A stretch of DNA of 64,000 bases from an uncultured Pseudomonadota bacterium (GTDB lineage Bacteria; Oederibacteriota; Muellerivitia; Muellerivitales; Muellerivitaceae), in the NCBI GenBank assembly GCA_963770835.1, contig CAVYRH010000004.1:512001-576000 (forward strand), read 5' to 3'. The translations under genes and the position numbers were made by a program. Of this stretch, positions 19,439 through 29,572 are shown piece by piece. The notes beneath the pieces are model-generated. The model saw only the letters and a list, made by a program, of their open reading frames with translations, did no database searches and was not told the origin of the DNA. How positions within the stretch are numbered: position 1 is the stretch's first letter; the number at the start of each line of letters is the position of its first letter.

Positions 19439-21205
19439 TCAGCGGATCACCACCAGTTTCAGGATCTGCGCCCGGACAGAGCCTCCGGGATCGGTCACTT
19501 TAACCCTCGCCAGGTACAAGCCGCTGGCCTTCCCCGTTGAATTCCAAAGGCATAAGCTGGAACCGGATACTCCCCTTTCGGTGGCCATCCACTCCCCGGC
19601 AACGGTGTAGAGGGAGATCTCTAGTGTCGCGCCGGATTCCGGAACCCTGAAAGTGGTCGTCGTATTGCCGCCGGTAAGCCTATTGGGTATGGCGACCACC
19701 GGGCCCACCGGCACCGGCGTCAGTGTTATGGTCGGGGTATTGGTGGCCGTGGGGGTTAAAGTAGGCGTGCAGGTATTGCCGGGATAACCGCAGGGAGTGT
19801 CCGTGGGCGTGGGTGTGGATGTCCAAGCGGGGCAGGTGCCCGTGGAACTGATGGCGGAAAGCCAGGTTGAAACGGGCGCCCCATGGTAGGAGGTGGCGGG
19901 ATAACCGCTGAAACTCGTCAGCAATTGCGGGCCGTCATCCGGACTGAAAGCCCAGGCCATGGCGGAATACACGTAGCTTTTGTCATTGCTTCCGTTGATC
20001 CAGGCGATGGTTTGGTTGTCCCAGTTGGAGGGATCGGTTGAAGACTCGCCGAACTCCTCGATCATAACTGCGTGGTTGGTCGTGGCCACCGTCACATAAG
20101 GGTCCCACCCTCCCGCCGTCACGCCCTTGTTGTTGTAGACGTGGGCCGAGTAAAGGATTCCGTTACCCGCCACCGTCGTGCCGCTGTTGGACGCCGTGTC
20201 GGCAAGCGCGTTGGTGGACAACCCGGTTAAATCGTAGGAGTACTGGAGCCCCCCCACGACGAGCACATTGCTCACCCCCGCGCCCCGGATCGTATCCACC
20301 AGGTATTGAAAACCCGGGGTATTGAAGGCCGGCTGGGCGTCGCCATAGGTCACGTTTCCGCTGGCGGCCACGGCCCCGCCGTCCTGCCAGGTGCTCCAAA
20401 AACCACTGTCGTTCCCGTTGGGCGCGAAGGGCTCGTTGTAGAGGTCGTAAAGGACGGCGGGATTGTTGCCGATAACCGAGGCCACCGAGGACCAAAAAGC
20501 CACCGAGTTCCAGTCCGGCATCGGGGCTTGCCCGGTGGAACCAGAGGCCGATCCCCCGGCGGTGCCCCAGCCCCCGCCCCCGCAAGGGGCCGTCGGGGCG
20601 GTGCCGCCATAGGTGCCCGACCAATGCAGGTCCAGGTCCAGGTAGGCGTTATGGGCGGAACAAACGCTGACCGCGGCCTGGATCATGCCCCGATAGGCTG
20701 CGGTATTGACCGCCGCATCGTAGTCACGCAGGTTTCCGCACCCGAACCAATAATCCTGGTTCACGGGCAGCCTCACGATATTGCAATGCCAGGCCGTTAT
20801 CACCTCACTTAGGATCGCGGGGTAATCGGCCATGCCCACCCCGCTGATGGTGGTCGTTGGCGCGGTCCCATTCCCATAGTCTCCGGTGGGGCTGTATTCC
20901 AACCCCGAAACGTCCACACCCCTCAAGCGGATCGTGCATCCCTGGCTGGTCATGATTTGGTTTCCCACGACTGAAAGGGGAAGAGGGGCGGCCCAAATGC
21001 GGGGGACAGGCAGCAGGGCCAGAAAAAGGAAGACCGGGCTTAAAACATGAACTTTTTTTAAGGTACGTTTAAAGTGCGGATCCAAATTTTTCCTTCGCCA
21101 ACTGCCTTTGGTGTTTTTCCAGGCCTGCGGAAGAAAGGCATCAAATGATATAACGGCAGTGACGAAGGTTCCAAACCGGCCTTTCTTAGGCCACGGACTC
21201 CCCAA
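19439..21205 (-). CDS. Glycoside hydrolase family 5 (endoglucanase-like) with Thr/Pro linker and T9SS-like C-terminal domain
   Basis: LRGVD..GLEY, NIVRLP, DLHW, YDLYNEP (acid/base), SAHVY and MIEEFG (nucleophile). Tail IPNRL..SGLY..KLVVIR. Start uncertain; signal ends PRIWA. Confidence 0.85.
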   Translation of the reverse strand: MGSPWPKKGRFGTFVTAVISFDAFLPQAWKNTKGSWRRKNLDPHFKRTLKKVHVLSPVFLFLALLPVPRIWAAPLPLSVVGNQIMTSQGCTIRLRGVDVSGLEYSPTGDYGNGTAPTTTISGVGMADYPAILSEVITAWHCNIVRLPVNQDYWFGCGNLRDYDAAVNTAAYRGMIQAAVSVCSAHNAYLDLDLHWSGTYGGTAPTAPCGGGGWGTAGGSASGSTGQAPMPDWNSVAFWSSVASVIGNNPAVLYDLYNEPFAPNGNDSGFWSTWQDGGAVAASGNVTYGDAQPAFNTPGFQYLVDTIRGAGVSNVLVVGGLQYSYDLTGLSTNALADTASNSGTTVAGNGILYSAHVYNNKGVTAGGWDPYVTVATTNHAVMIEEFGESSTDPSNWDNQTIAWINGSNDKSYVYSAMAWAFSPDDGPQLLTSFSGYPATSYHGAPVSTWLSAISSTGTCPAWTSTPTPTDTPCGYPGNTCTPTLTPTATNTPTITLTPVPVGPVVAIPNRLTGGNTTTTFRVPESGATLEISLYTVAGEWMATERGVSGSSLCLWNSTGKASGLYLARVKVTDPGGSVRAQILKLVVIR

Positions 21206-21216
21206 TGGCCGAAGGG

Positions 21217-21855
21217 TTAATATCCGAAACTATCCACATCCACGACTCCTGGAGAGGTGAAAACGGCGCTGCCAGACCCGGAGATTTGCACTCCCACCTG
21301 GAGTACTTGCGAAACATTAGGTGTGTTGGGGGGAGGCGCCTGGTAATTGGGGGCATTAACGTTGTAAGTCACCTGGTTCCATTGGCCGGGGGTCAATTTG
21401 ACGAAGGACCCGTTGGCGTAATTGTAACTGGAATCCTTTAGGAAAATTTGGCCGCCAATGAGGTTGGGCGGGGTCACGATGCCGGATTGAAAATAAATCC
21501 ACACGGAGAAGGTTTTATTCGTCATGTCCTGGGCAGAAGCGAACTGGTAATGGACCGCGTAAGAAGTTAAGTTATAAGTAACCCCTTGGCTGACGCCTTG
21601 GTCGGGGATTTGCAGTTGCAAAGCTCCCGGTCCCTGGAAAACATATTGGTTGGTCCAAGTGATGGGACCGGCCACGCTCACCGGGTTGGAATCGTCAAAA
21701 ACCCAGCCATCCGTTGTTCCATCATCGAAAGCCCCGAAAGAAGCGATAGGCGGGTGGATGAGAGGGCTGATGGGGCCCGTCACCTTGCCGCAGCCGCCCA
21801 AAAGCAGGGCCAGCCCGGCGCCCAAAACAATCATTCCCGAGATCTTATTTTTCAT
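21217..21855 (-). CDS. Lipoprotein with a CBM-like beta-sandwich domain
   Basis: Lipobox LLGGC, then FDDGTTDGW..GALQL..DMTNKTFSVWIY..LTPGQW..VGVQI..VDVDS. Confidence 0.65.
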   Translation of the reverse strand: MKNKISGMIVLGAGLALLLGGCGKVTGPISPLIHPPIASFGAFDDGTTDGWVFDDSNPVSVAGPITWTNQYVFQGPGALQLQIPDQGVSQGVTYNLTSYAVHYQFASAQDMTNKTFSVWIYFQSGIVTPPNLIGGQIFLKDSSYNYANGSFVKLTPGQWNQVTYNVNAPNYQAPPPNTPNVSQVLQVGVQISGSGSAVFTSPGVVDVDSFGY

Positions 21856-24253
21856 TTCCTTTTCCTCCCCTTAACTCGTTGGACATCAGAACGAACGTGT
21901 TACAAGCATCCACCTGGGTGGGGTCCAGCTGGTAATTGTCCCCCTTGTAGTCGGGTTCGGCCAGCATCCAATATTGGGTACCGTCCCCGCCTGCGTCGTA
22001 AAAAGCCTTCATCATGTAATAGATGAATTTGGGCCGGTCATAATCGGCCCGGTCCTTGTCGATGCCGAATTCCTCCATGACCACCGGTTTTTTCAATATC
22101 CCGTGGGCGTCCTTCACGTAGGCCGCCAAAAGGGCCTGGGTGGTTTCCAGGTTCCACATGGAATACTGGTTGGAAGGGTAGACATGGAAGGTGGCGTAGT
22201 CGATGTTGGGCGAACTGTGGTCCAGGATAAAGTCGGTTCCGGAATAGTGGGTGCCGTTCTCGGCCCGCAGGCCTTCCGAACCCGTCGTCACCAGCTGTTT
22301 CACTCCCAGGTTTTTAATATAGGAAGCCATCTCGTCGATCCATCCTGCCAGGGTTTTGCCCGTGGTGTCCGATTCGTCGCGGGGTTCGTTCATCAGGTCC
22401 CAGGCCATGATGGTGGGGTCGTCCTTATAGGCGATGCCGCTGATGCTGTTGACGTGGTTGACGAAGGCTTTCACGTAGTCCTTATAGGCCTCTTTGACCT
22501 GCTTATTGGCGAAGAAGTCGTTCTTGTCCGTGAGGCCGAAATACTTGACCCAATCGGGCGCCCCTCCCAGATCGGCCCAGTTGTTGGCCAAGGCGATGAC
22601 CAGGCGGATATGGTGCTTGGCCGCGGATTGGACCACCCCGTCCATGTCCTTAAAGGCCTCCTCCCGGTATTTTCCGGGGCCGGTTACGAAGTAACGGCGT
22701 TTTTCCCAGTCGGCCCAATCCTTTTCCGGTTTGCCGGTGACGCCAAATCCCCAGGTGCGCATGACCGTGAAGCCCAGCTTTTGGGCCCAGCCCATGACGT
22801 ATTCCAGCGACTTGGCCCCCTGGTAATGCAGGTAATAATTGTTGGTGCCGACGTAGCGGAAGGGCTTGTCGCCGTCGTAGAAATGGGGGCCCTTGACCGT
22901 GATGAAATGGTTGGACAGGGAAATGGGCTTGGCGAAGATTTGCCTCACGGGGAGCGCGGTGAAAGTGGAGGTGTTGGAATATTGGGTATCGTCGCCCTTA
23001 ACCGCCTTCAATTGATAGGTGTAGGTTTTTCCAGCGGCGAGGCCCGAAAGCGACACCCTTTGGGTCGTGGAGGGTTCGGAGGTGAGGGCGGTTTCCTGGG
23101 CCATCATACCCTCCAAACCGTAACGGACCTGAACCTGGGCAGGATGAGCGAGAACAACCTTGATGGATTCCTGGGCGTCCCAGCTCATGACGGGAGTTTC
23201 GACTTGGGAGGCGGAGACCGAGACGAAAAGATCCTTGGCGCCGAACCCACCCAAATGGGAAAGGCCGGTGAAAAAGGCACCTAAGGCCGTCCATTTATCC
23301 TGGGCCATGGAAGGTCCGGATCCAACCAGCGCGCCCGCGCAAAGGTCGGCGGGTTGGGCTTCCGGCTTGTCCAATAAGGCCACCACCGGTTTTCCAATTT
23401 CTTGGGCCCATTTCATGGCCGAGGGAGCCTGGGGTTGGAGGCGGTCCATAACGAAATCCAAGCCGGGTTGCCCGGCCGCCGTAATGGCGTTGATGCCCTG
23501 AGCCTGGGGATTGAGGGTTACGGCCACCAAGGCGTGGTTGGTGAGCGACTTGACGAAAGGCCCCATGGAGGCTATCCAACCATCGAAAGAACCCGGGTCA
23601 TCACCGGGATTTTCCGGCGTGTCAATAAGGTCCCAGGCCAGGATGGCCGGTTCGGAGCCATATTTAACGCCGGTCACCTTATTCACCCGGGTCAGGAGCA
23701 TTTTCACGTAGTCCTGGTACCAGTCCTTGCATTGGAAATTGATGAAGAATACGCCGGGGTTGGGGCTGCCCACCCAGGCCCCGTAATCGGCCTTTCCCCC
23801 CTCATCGCCCTTATCCGCGCAAAGGTTCAAAACCAGGTTCACTCCGGAAGCCTTAGCCGATGCCACCATTTGGTCGAGCTTCAAAAGCGCGTTCTCATTC
23901 CATTGGTCCGGCCCGGTTTGGAGGACGTCGGCTCCTTTGCCGGTGGAGAAGGCGTTGGTCTTCACCACTTTGCCGCCCGCCGCCCTGACCTGCTTAAAAA
24001 AAGAGGATAGTTGCCCGGGTGAAAGCCGGTAAAGGCCGGAGGCTTCAATACCGGCCAAGAAATAAGGCTTGCCGTCTTCCGAAAGGGCCAAGCCCTGGAC
24101 CTTCAATCCTAAAGCCGTGGTTTTTTTGGTTTTGGAAGCCCAAGTCCCCGTCGGGGCGGCCAACAGAAAAGCAGCTGTCCAAACCATCCACCGGTAACGG
24201 GGACGACGGGACAGCCCGGACTTCCCGGAGGTTTTGAGGGCTTGGTGGTTCAT
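21845..24253 (-). CDS. Modular GH5 enzyme (mannanase-like): degenerate GH5 domain, FN3-like domain, intact GH5 domain
   Basis: C-terminal domain has YVGTNNYY, VMRTWGF, NNWADLGG, AWDLMNEPR, TFHVYP and VMEEFG. The N-terminal copy has AWDLIDTP. FN3-like segment LSGLAAGKTYTYQL. Start ATG 24253. Confidence 0.85.
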   Translation of the reverse strand: MNHQALKTSGKSGLSRRPRYRWMVWTAAFLLAAPTGTWASKTKKTTALGLKVQGLALSEDGKPYFLAGIEASGLYRLSPGQLSSFFKQVRAAGGKVVKTNAFSTGKGADVLQTGPDQWNENALLKLDQMVASAKASGVNLVLNLCADKGDEGGKADYGAWVGSPNPGVFFINFQCKDWYQDYVKMLLTRVNKVTGVKYGSEPAILAWDLIDTPENPGDDPGSFDGWIASMGPFVKSLTNHALVAVTLNPQAQGINAITAAGQPGLDFVMDRLQPQAPSAMKWAQEIGKPVVALLDKPEAQPADLCAGALVGSGPSMAQDKWTALGAFFTGLSHLGGFGAKDLFVSVSASQVETPVMSWDAQESIKVVLAHPAQVQVRYGLEGMMAQETALTSEPSTTQRVSLSGLAAGKTYTYQLKAVKGDDTQYSNTSTFTALPVRQIFAKPISLSNHFITVKGPHFYDGDKPFRYVGTNNYYLHYQGAKSLEYVMGWAQKLGFTVMRTWGFGVTGKPEKDWADWEKRRYFVTGPGKYREEAFKDMDGVVQSAAKHHIRLVIALANNWADLGGAPDWVKYFGLTDKNDFFANKQVKEAYKDYVKAFVNHVNSISGIAYKDDPTIMAWDLMNEPRDESDTTGKTLAGWIDEMASYIKNLGVKQLVTTGSEGLRAENGTHYSGTDFILDHSSPNIDYATFHVYPSNQYSMWNLETTQALLAAYVKDAHGILKKPVVMEEFGIDKDRADYDRPKFIYYMMKAFYDAGGDGTQYWMLAEPDYKGDNYQLDPTQVDACNTFVLMSNELRGGKGNEK

Positions 24254-24267
24254 GATAAATTCTTTCC

Positions 24268-27200
24268 TCAAAACTTCCCGGCCAATGAAAAAGCCCACAT
24301 GTCCACCGTCTGTAAATTATTGTCATCCTCCCAATAATCGAGGAAGCTGGGAACCCCATAGATCAGGCTGAGCGTGACCGTGTTTTGCCAAAGGTACTTG
24401 GTAAAACCGGCCGAGAAGTTGTCATAAGAACCAAAACGGCTGCCGGTCTGGTCCACATGCTTGTAGTCGCCGTTGACCCAGGTATCACCCCAGAACTTCC
24501 AGCTGAACCGTCCCGAATAAGTGAAGGTTTCCCAGTAATCCGTGAAGGCGTCCCGGAAAAGGCCCGTCAAGAGGATCTTGGGGGTGAATTGGTAATGAAG
24601 CTCGTAATTGGAGGTGGTGACCAAAGCCCGGTCGCTGATGGCGGGATTAGGCAATTGGGGGTCCCCCGCGTTTTGCCCTTCGTCGTACCAGTACCACCAG
24701 AAAAAGAAAAACAGCGGGGGGCGGTAAGTGTTATTTTGCAAAAGCGCCCTCAAGCCGAAATTGCTGTAGGTATCGGTCATGGAGGCATAATCATAATATT
24801 GAACCTGGAGGTTAAGGCCCGTGAGCAAATTGTTCCAGAAGGTGCCCCAGCCCTGCATATCCTTAATTAGCGGAAGGGTATCCATTTGCCAGGTGATTTG
24901 GCCGGTATTCTGGTCCGCGCCGGAATAGGGGGATCCCGAATAGGGGGCGAAAAAGTTGAGCCCATGCTCCAACCGGCTTCCCTGGATCTTGAAAGCCCCG
25001 AATTGGTAGTCCAATTCGGCGTAATAGGCGTTGCTATTCCCCGAGAGGTCGTAGGGGCTTCCGGCGAAAGCGTCGTACGCGCTTTGGGCCACTTCGCCAT
25101 GGAACCCTAAGCGTATATCCCGGAAATAACCTTGCACGTCGGCCTCGTAGGTTTTAACGTCCGCCTCCACCTCCGCGGTCAAAGGATTGGACCCCGGGTT
25201 ATTGCCATACCGGCTATCCAGGAGCCCGGCGCCCAGGAAGCAATCGGAGATCGGCGCAGTCTTAAACCGCAGGAGATAACCGGCCGTATTCCCCAGGCTT
25301 TCGGGGGTCGCGCCATATTCGGAAAAACCGGAGGCTTCGAGCATGCCCAGGCCCTGGACCGTATATCGGTCGTCTATCCCGTAAATTTGATTCCCTAGGA
25401 CGGCCCCGCTCAAAAGGGTCATGGGATCGTCGGTACTGCTCAATTGATCGCCGGTGAAAAGCGAAAATTCATCGCCCTCCGCCCGGACATCCAGCCTCAC
25501 CTTGCCCAAATTAAATTGGGCCTGGTTGGTGCCGGTACCCATCACGGTCCCGTTGGCCACGAATTGCACCGCGTCCGAGGGATTGAACTTGAGGCCTATT
25601 TGCTCACTGGCTATGCCGTCCACCTGTTGGTTTCCGGCGCCGATCAGGCGCACGTTGTCCAGATAGATGGTCTGCCGCCCCGGCGGGATTCCGCCGCTGA
25701 GGCTTTCGATCACGAATTGGATCTGGTGGGTTTGGCTGGCGTTTCGCAGGGTGTCCCATTCCTTCCAAGCCGTGGTCGCCGAAGTGAATTGGTTGCCGAG
25801 CAGGGGAATGTTGAGGTTTCGGTTCCAGCCCGAACTGATTGTCACCGAAATAGACTGGATGTCCTGGCCGGTGGCGGTTCCGTTGTAGGCAGGCCCGGTA
25901 TAAAAAGCCATGTACATTTCCACGGGAAGGCCTGGGTTGTAAACGTCGAACTGGACATTGGAATAGGGGGACATGTCCATGGTCCCTCCCGGGGGATTAT
26001 ATTCAATGGCGGGGTTGGTCCCAACCGCGACAAAAGCGCTCTGATAATCGATCCTCAAGGAATGGGTTCCATCCGTGGCATAGGAAGTGGATTGGGACAG
26101 AACCGCGTTAGCCACGGGCTGCCAGGCCGAGATGTTGCCCTCAAAACTGTCCAGCAGGGTGTACTTCAAGGTACGGGCCGAAATTTGGGTTTCAGAGGAA
26201 AGACCCAAAGCCTTACCCAAATCATCCGAGCCGGTGGCGGGGCTGACCAGGTCCCTTTCGATGATCCTCAAATTGGCCATGGAGAGTTTTCCATCGCCCA
26301 CGTGATGGGGGTAAATGTTGATGATGACGGTCCGAATGTCGTCCCGGGTGCGCAGAAAGTCTGTGCCGCTCCAGTTGGTCTGCAGGGACTTGAAGATAGG
26401 CTGGGTGATATCCACCTTGACCGCCCGGTTCCAGCCCGGCTTCAAGGTGGTTTCGGTGCTTTCCTGCCATTCGCTATTGGGGCCCGTCTGGACCGCCAGG
26501 GTGAAGCCCACGGCGTAATCCTGGGGATTGTAAAAGTCGAACTGCAGTCCCAGGACATTGCTCCAATCGGTCTCTTGGGTTTTCACGAATTGCGCTGTTT
26601 GGGAATCGCTGACGGTCCGGTATTTCATATCCACGATGTTCTCGTCCTGGAAACGCTTGTACTCGGAGACGACCGCGAAGGAATTGCTTCCCGGGCTTGT
26701 TTGCGCCAGCCATCCGTCACCGGCGAAATTCAGGAGGGGGTCCCACAAAACCGAACGGCCCTTCAGCTCGTGCTGGGCCGCGGCCGCGGCTGTCCCCGCC
26801 TTGAAGGAGCCGGTCGCCCGGATATTGTCGAAATAAGCTGAGCCCTTCAAGGCTCCCGTGGAAACGAAACCGATGTAGAGGCTCTTCACCTGGTCCAAGG
26901 GATCGGCATAGGCATGGTTCATCCAGTTGGAGGCGGCGTTCTTGAAGGTTTTGGCTTTGAGTGGAAAAGTCACGTCACGGTTCCAGCCGGGTTTCATCTG
27001 GATTCCCTTGGACTCGGTCCAGTCGTAGGTGTCGCCCAGCTTCAGGACGATTTCAGCCTGGAGGGGAGAGGGGTTGGGGTTATAAATGTCCACCTTGATG
27101 GCCGAGGAATCCTTGAAGTTTAAATCCTGGTCGATGCCGATCCAGGCTTGCTGGTTTTTGTCGTCGAAGTCGAAGTCACATTTCAGCATGTGGGTACCTT

Positions 27201-28476
27201 CGCTGGCTTTCCCCTCCACGATGGTGGAGCCGGTCGCCTTGGAAGAAGCAATGGCAGTCCAGGCCGTAAGGCCCTTCTCGAAACCTTCCAAGAGATTGTC
27301 CCCGCCCGCCGTGGCCGGAACCTGGGGAAAGAGGTCGTTGACCAACTGTTGGACCGACTTGGGATCGTTGGAAAGGAACCGCAGGTTATCCAGGCGGATG
27401 GACGACTTGGCAATCTGGTGGGGATAAAAGGTGAGCCCCAGCTTGCGGGTGACGCTGATGCCGCTGATTCCCACCGTGTTGGTCCATTTGGAAGCCGCGC
27501 TCTTGAAGGTTTTGGCCTTCAGCGCGAAGGTGACGTCGGTGTTCCAGCCCGGTTTCAGGGTGGCGGAGGAGGATTCGTAGTAATCCCAGTTGGCCCCGGT
27601 GTTCACGAATATGGAAGCGTCTATGTTTTGCTTGAAGGGATTGTAAACGTCGTAAACCACGCCCGTCACCTTGGACAGGTCCATATCCGCCTCTAATTGG
27701 AAGGAAGCGTGGGCGTCGGGCTGTTTGCAGTCGAAAGCCAAGTCCGCTACGCGGGTTCCCTCGGGGGCGTCGGACGCGGTCACGGCGTCGGCCCCGGTGG
27801 CCCCGGAATAACCGGTATCGGGCGACAGGGGGCAGGAGCCGTCCTCGAAGCCGGTCACGGTAACCGGGCTTCCGGTGGCCATTTCCTCCGGCCGCACCAT
27901 GGCGACCTTGCCGGGATTGGCGCCCTCCAGGCGGAGGTAGTCGATGTAAAGATATCCTTCCCCGGCTTCCTTCGATTGGAAAATGAGGGAAAGCTGCATG
28001 ATGTCCTTCAGGTCCGTCAGGGTTTTGCCCGAATCGGTTTTGAGGGAAGTCAGGTCGAAAGTCATGTCCTTATTCCAGCCGGGTTGGATGGGTTTTTCCG
28101 GCGACTGGCACCACAACCAGGCCTGGCCCTGCTTGACGATCATCATGAGGGTCATCGGGGTTTTCGAGGCATTGTAGACATCCACGGTCAGGTAGGTTCC
28201 GCCGGTCAGGTCACCCACCTGCCGGGTGGTGAAATCGGCCTTGCCGCCATTCGCGGGGAAAAGAAAATGCCCCCGGTAGCCGAATTTGCCGTGGGAAGGG
28301 AAATCGGGGGAGATGATGCCCCCACTCATGGCCGGGCCTTCCATGCCGGTGGTCCAAAAGGAAGCCCCCAACTCGAAATCCTCCCAAACGAAACCCGATG
28401 CGGCGTGAAGAATGGATGCAATAAAAAAGGCGGCGCCAAAGGCGACCGCCTTTGTAAACCAGGAGTAATTATTCAA
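24268..28476 (-). CDS. Large outer-membrane protein: five CBM-like repeats plus a predicted C-terminal beta-barrel
   Basis: Signal peptide ending ILHA. Five repeats sharing F-E / D(V/I/F)YN / GWN motifs. The last ~450 aa form aromatic-rich amphipathic strands ending ..SLAGKF. Confidence 0.7.
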   Translation of the reverse strand: MNNYSWFTKAVAFGAAFFIASILHAASGFVWEDFELGASFWTTGMEGPAMSGGIISPDFPSHGKFGYRGHFLFPANGGKADFTTRQVGDLTGGTYLTVDVYNASKTPMTLMMIVKQGQAWLWCQSPEKPIQPGWNKDMTFDLTSLKTDSGKTLTDLKDIMQLSLIFQSKEAGEGYLYIDYLRLEGANPGKVAMVRPEEMATGSPVTVTGFEDGSCPLSPDTGYSGATGADAVTASDAPEGTRVADLAFDCKQPDAHASFQLEADMDLSKVTGVVYDVYNPFKQNIDASIFVNTGANWDYYESSSATLKPGWNTDVTFALKAKTFKSAASKWTNTVGISGISVTRKLGLTFYPHQIAKSSIRLDNLRFLSNDPKSVQQLVNDLFPQVPATAGGDNLLEGFEKGLTAWTAIASSKATGSTIVEGKASEGTHMLKCDFDFDDKNQQAWIGIDQDLNFKDSSAIKVDIYNPNPSPLQAEIVLKLGDTYDWTESKGIQMKPGWNRDVTFPLKAKTFKNAASNWMNHAYADPLDQVKSLYIGFVSTGALKGSAYFDNIRATGSFKAGTAAAAAQHELKGRSVLWDPLLNFAGDGWLAQTSPGSNSFAVVSEYKRFQDENIVDMKYRTVSDSQTAQFVKTQETDWSNVLGLQFDFYNPQDYAVGFTLAVQTGPNSEWQESTETTLKPGWNRAVKVDITQPIFKSLQTNWSGTDFLRTRDDIRTVIINIYPHHVGDGKLSMANLRIIERDLVSPATGSDDLGKALGLSSETQISARTLKYTLLDSFEGNISAWQPVANAVLSQSTSYATDGTHSLRIDYQSAFVAVGTNPAIEYNPPGGTMDMSPYSNVQFDVYNPGLPVEMYMAFYTGPAYNGTATGQDIQSISVTISSGWNRNLNIPLLGNQFTSATTAWKEWDTLRNASQTHQIQFVIESLSGGIPPGRQTIYLDNVRLIGAGNQQVDGIASEQIGLKFNPSDAVQFVANGTVMGTGTNQAQFNLGKVRLDVRAEGDEFSLFTGDQLSSTDDPMTLLSGAVLGNQIYGIDDRYTVQGLGMLEASGFSEYGATPESLGNTAGYLLRFKTAPISDCFLGAGLLDSRYGNNPGSNPLTAEVEADVKTYEADVQGYFRDIRLGFHGEVAQSAYDAFAGSPYDLSGNSNAYYAELDYQFGAFKIQGSRLEHGLNFFAPYSGSPYSGADQNTGQITWQMDTLPLIKDMQGWGTFWNNLLTGLNLQVQYYDYASMTDTYSNFGLRALLQNNTYRPPLFFFFWWYWYDEGQNAGDPQLPNPAISDRALVTTSNYELHYQFTPKILLTGLFRDAFTDYWETFTYSGRFSWKFWGDTWVNGDYKHVDQTGSRFGSYDNFSAGFTKYLWQNTVTLSLIYGVPSFLDYWEDDNNLQTVDMWAFSLAGKF

Positions 28477-28506
28477 GATCGCAACTCCTTTGTCCTTTAA
28501 TTTGAA

Positions 28507-29295
28507 TCAAAGCCAACTTTGAATATCGATTATGGTATTCGCAAAACCTGATCCACTACCGCCTGTCCCGATTTGGATACCCAAAATCTCAACTTGCGAG
28601 GAATCGAATGGGCCGTTGTAAACGCTATAACCTGAATAACTATCGGTTGCCGTGACCCCGCTTGGGATGGGCAAGGTTAATGTGACACAGCCCGAACTGC
28701 TCGGCGTACTTGTGGAGGCGAAATAGAGTCCGGTTCCCGATTGATAAAGTGAGGAATAGGCTAATCCGCCATTGGGCCCTGCCGTGGATCCTTGCCCTAC
28801 GAAAACAGCCCCATAAAGTTGGGCCGAATCCGAATTCCAACCACCGGTAACGTCAAGAATAAGGGTCACTGATTTCCCGCCCAAATTTACGGGAGACGTT
28901 AAATCGTGTTGGAGAAACACGCCTTGAGTAACCGCGTTGAACCCAACGGTCACCTCCATTGCGCCAGTGGAGGCCGCACAACCCGAAAAAGTTGAATTGT
29001 AAATGATACTGACGGGAAGCCCGGATGGTTGCGTTGTGTTGAGGACCCAATTTGAAACCACACTTTGTGAATTGAAGGTATCTCCCACGAAGGGAGGGGG
29101 AGTCGGCGAAGGAGTGGGAGTCAGCGTAGGTGACCCGGGAAGGGGGGTTGATGTTATTGTAAAAGTGCCCGTTGGGGTGTTCGTTATATATCCATAATAA
29201 GGCTGGGGCGCGAAGTTCCCGCCCTTGCAACCGGTAAAATACAAGGCAGGAAAGATTCCTAACACGACTAAAAGGATGAATGGTAAGCGACGCAT
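28507..29295 (-). CDS. Lipoprotein with Thr/Pro linker and CBM-like domain
   Basis: Lipobox FTGC and TPT linker, then GAMEV..NLGGKSVT..FDSSQVEILGIQIGTG..IDIQSW. AGGAGG RBS. Confidence 0.65.
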   Translation of the reverse strand: MRRLPFILLVVLGIFPALYFTGCKGGNFAPQPYYGYITNTPTGTFTITSTPLPGSPTLTPTPSPTPPPFVGDTFNSQSVVSNWVLNTTQPSGLPVSIIYNSTFSGCAASTGAMEVTVGFNAVTQGVFLQHDLTSPVNLGGKSVTLILDVTGGWNSDSAQLYGAVFVGQGSTAGPNGGLAYSSLYQSGTGLYFASTSTPSSSGCVTLTLPIPSGVTATDSYSGYSVYNGPFDSSQVEILGIQIGTGGSGSGFANTIIDIQSWL

Positions 29296-29572
29296 GTGAT
29301 TTCCTCCTGGGACAAATTCATCGGCGGAATACCAGCATTATTTTGGAAGGGAAAAGTGTAAATAGTTTCCCTCCCTTACTCCAAGAAGAGGGCCGATGCG
29401 AGGGTGAGTTTTGACGGCTCAAAACAAAAGACACTTTTGGATAAGCCTAAGGAAGTTTAACCTCTTTTTTGTTAAAACGGTTAAAGCGTTTTATCAAAAA
29501 ATACCATTTAAGCCCCTGCCTGTCAACTTTTCCACTGGAGGATTAAGCCCGAACAGAACCCCTGAAAAGCCG

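Noticed and set aside
25444..26841. 465-aa plus-strand ORF and similar long overlapping ORFs (for example 21974-23284)
   Set aside because: They lie antisense to well-supported genes in GC-rich DNA and have no motifs.
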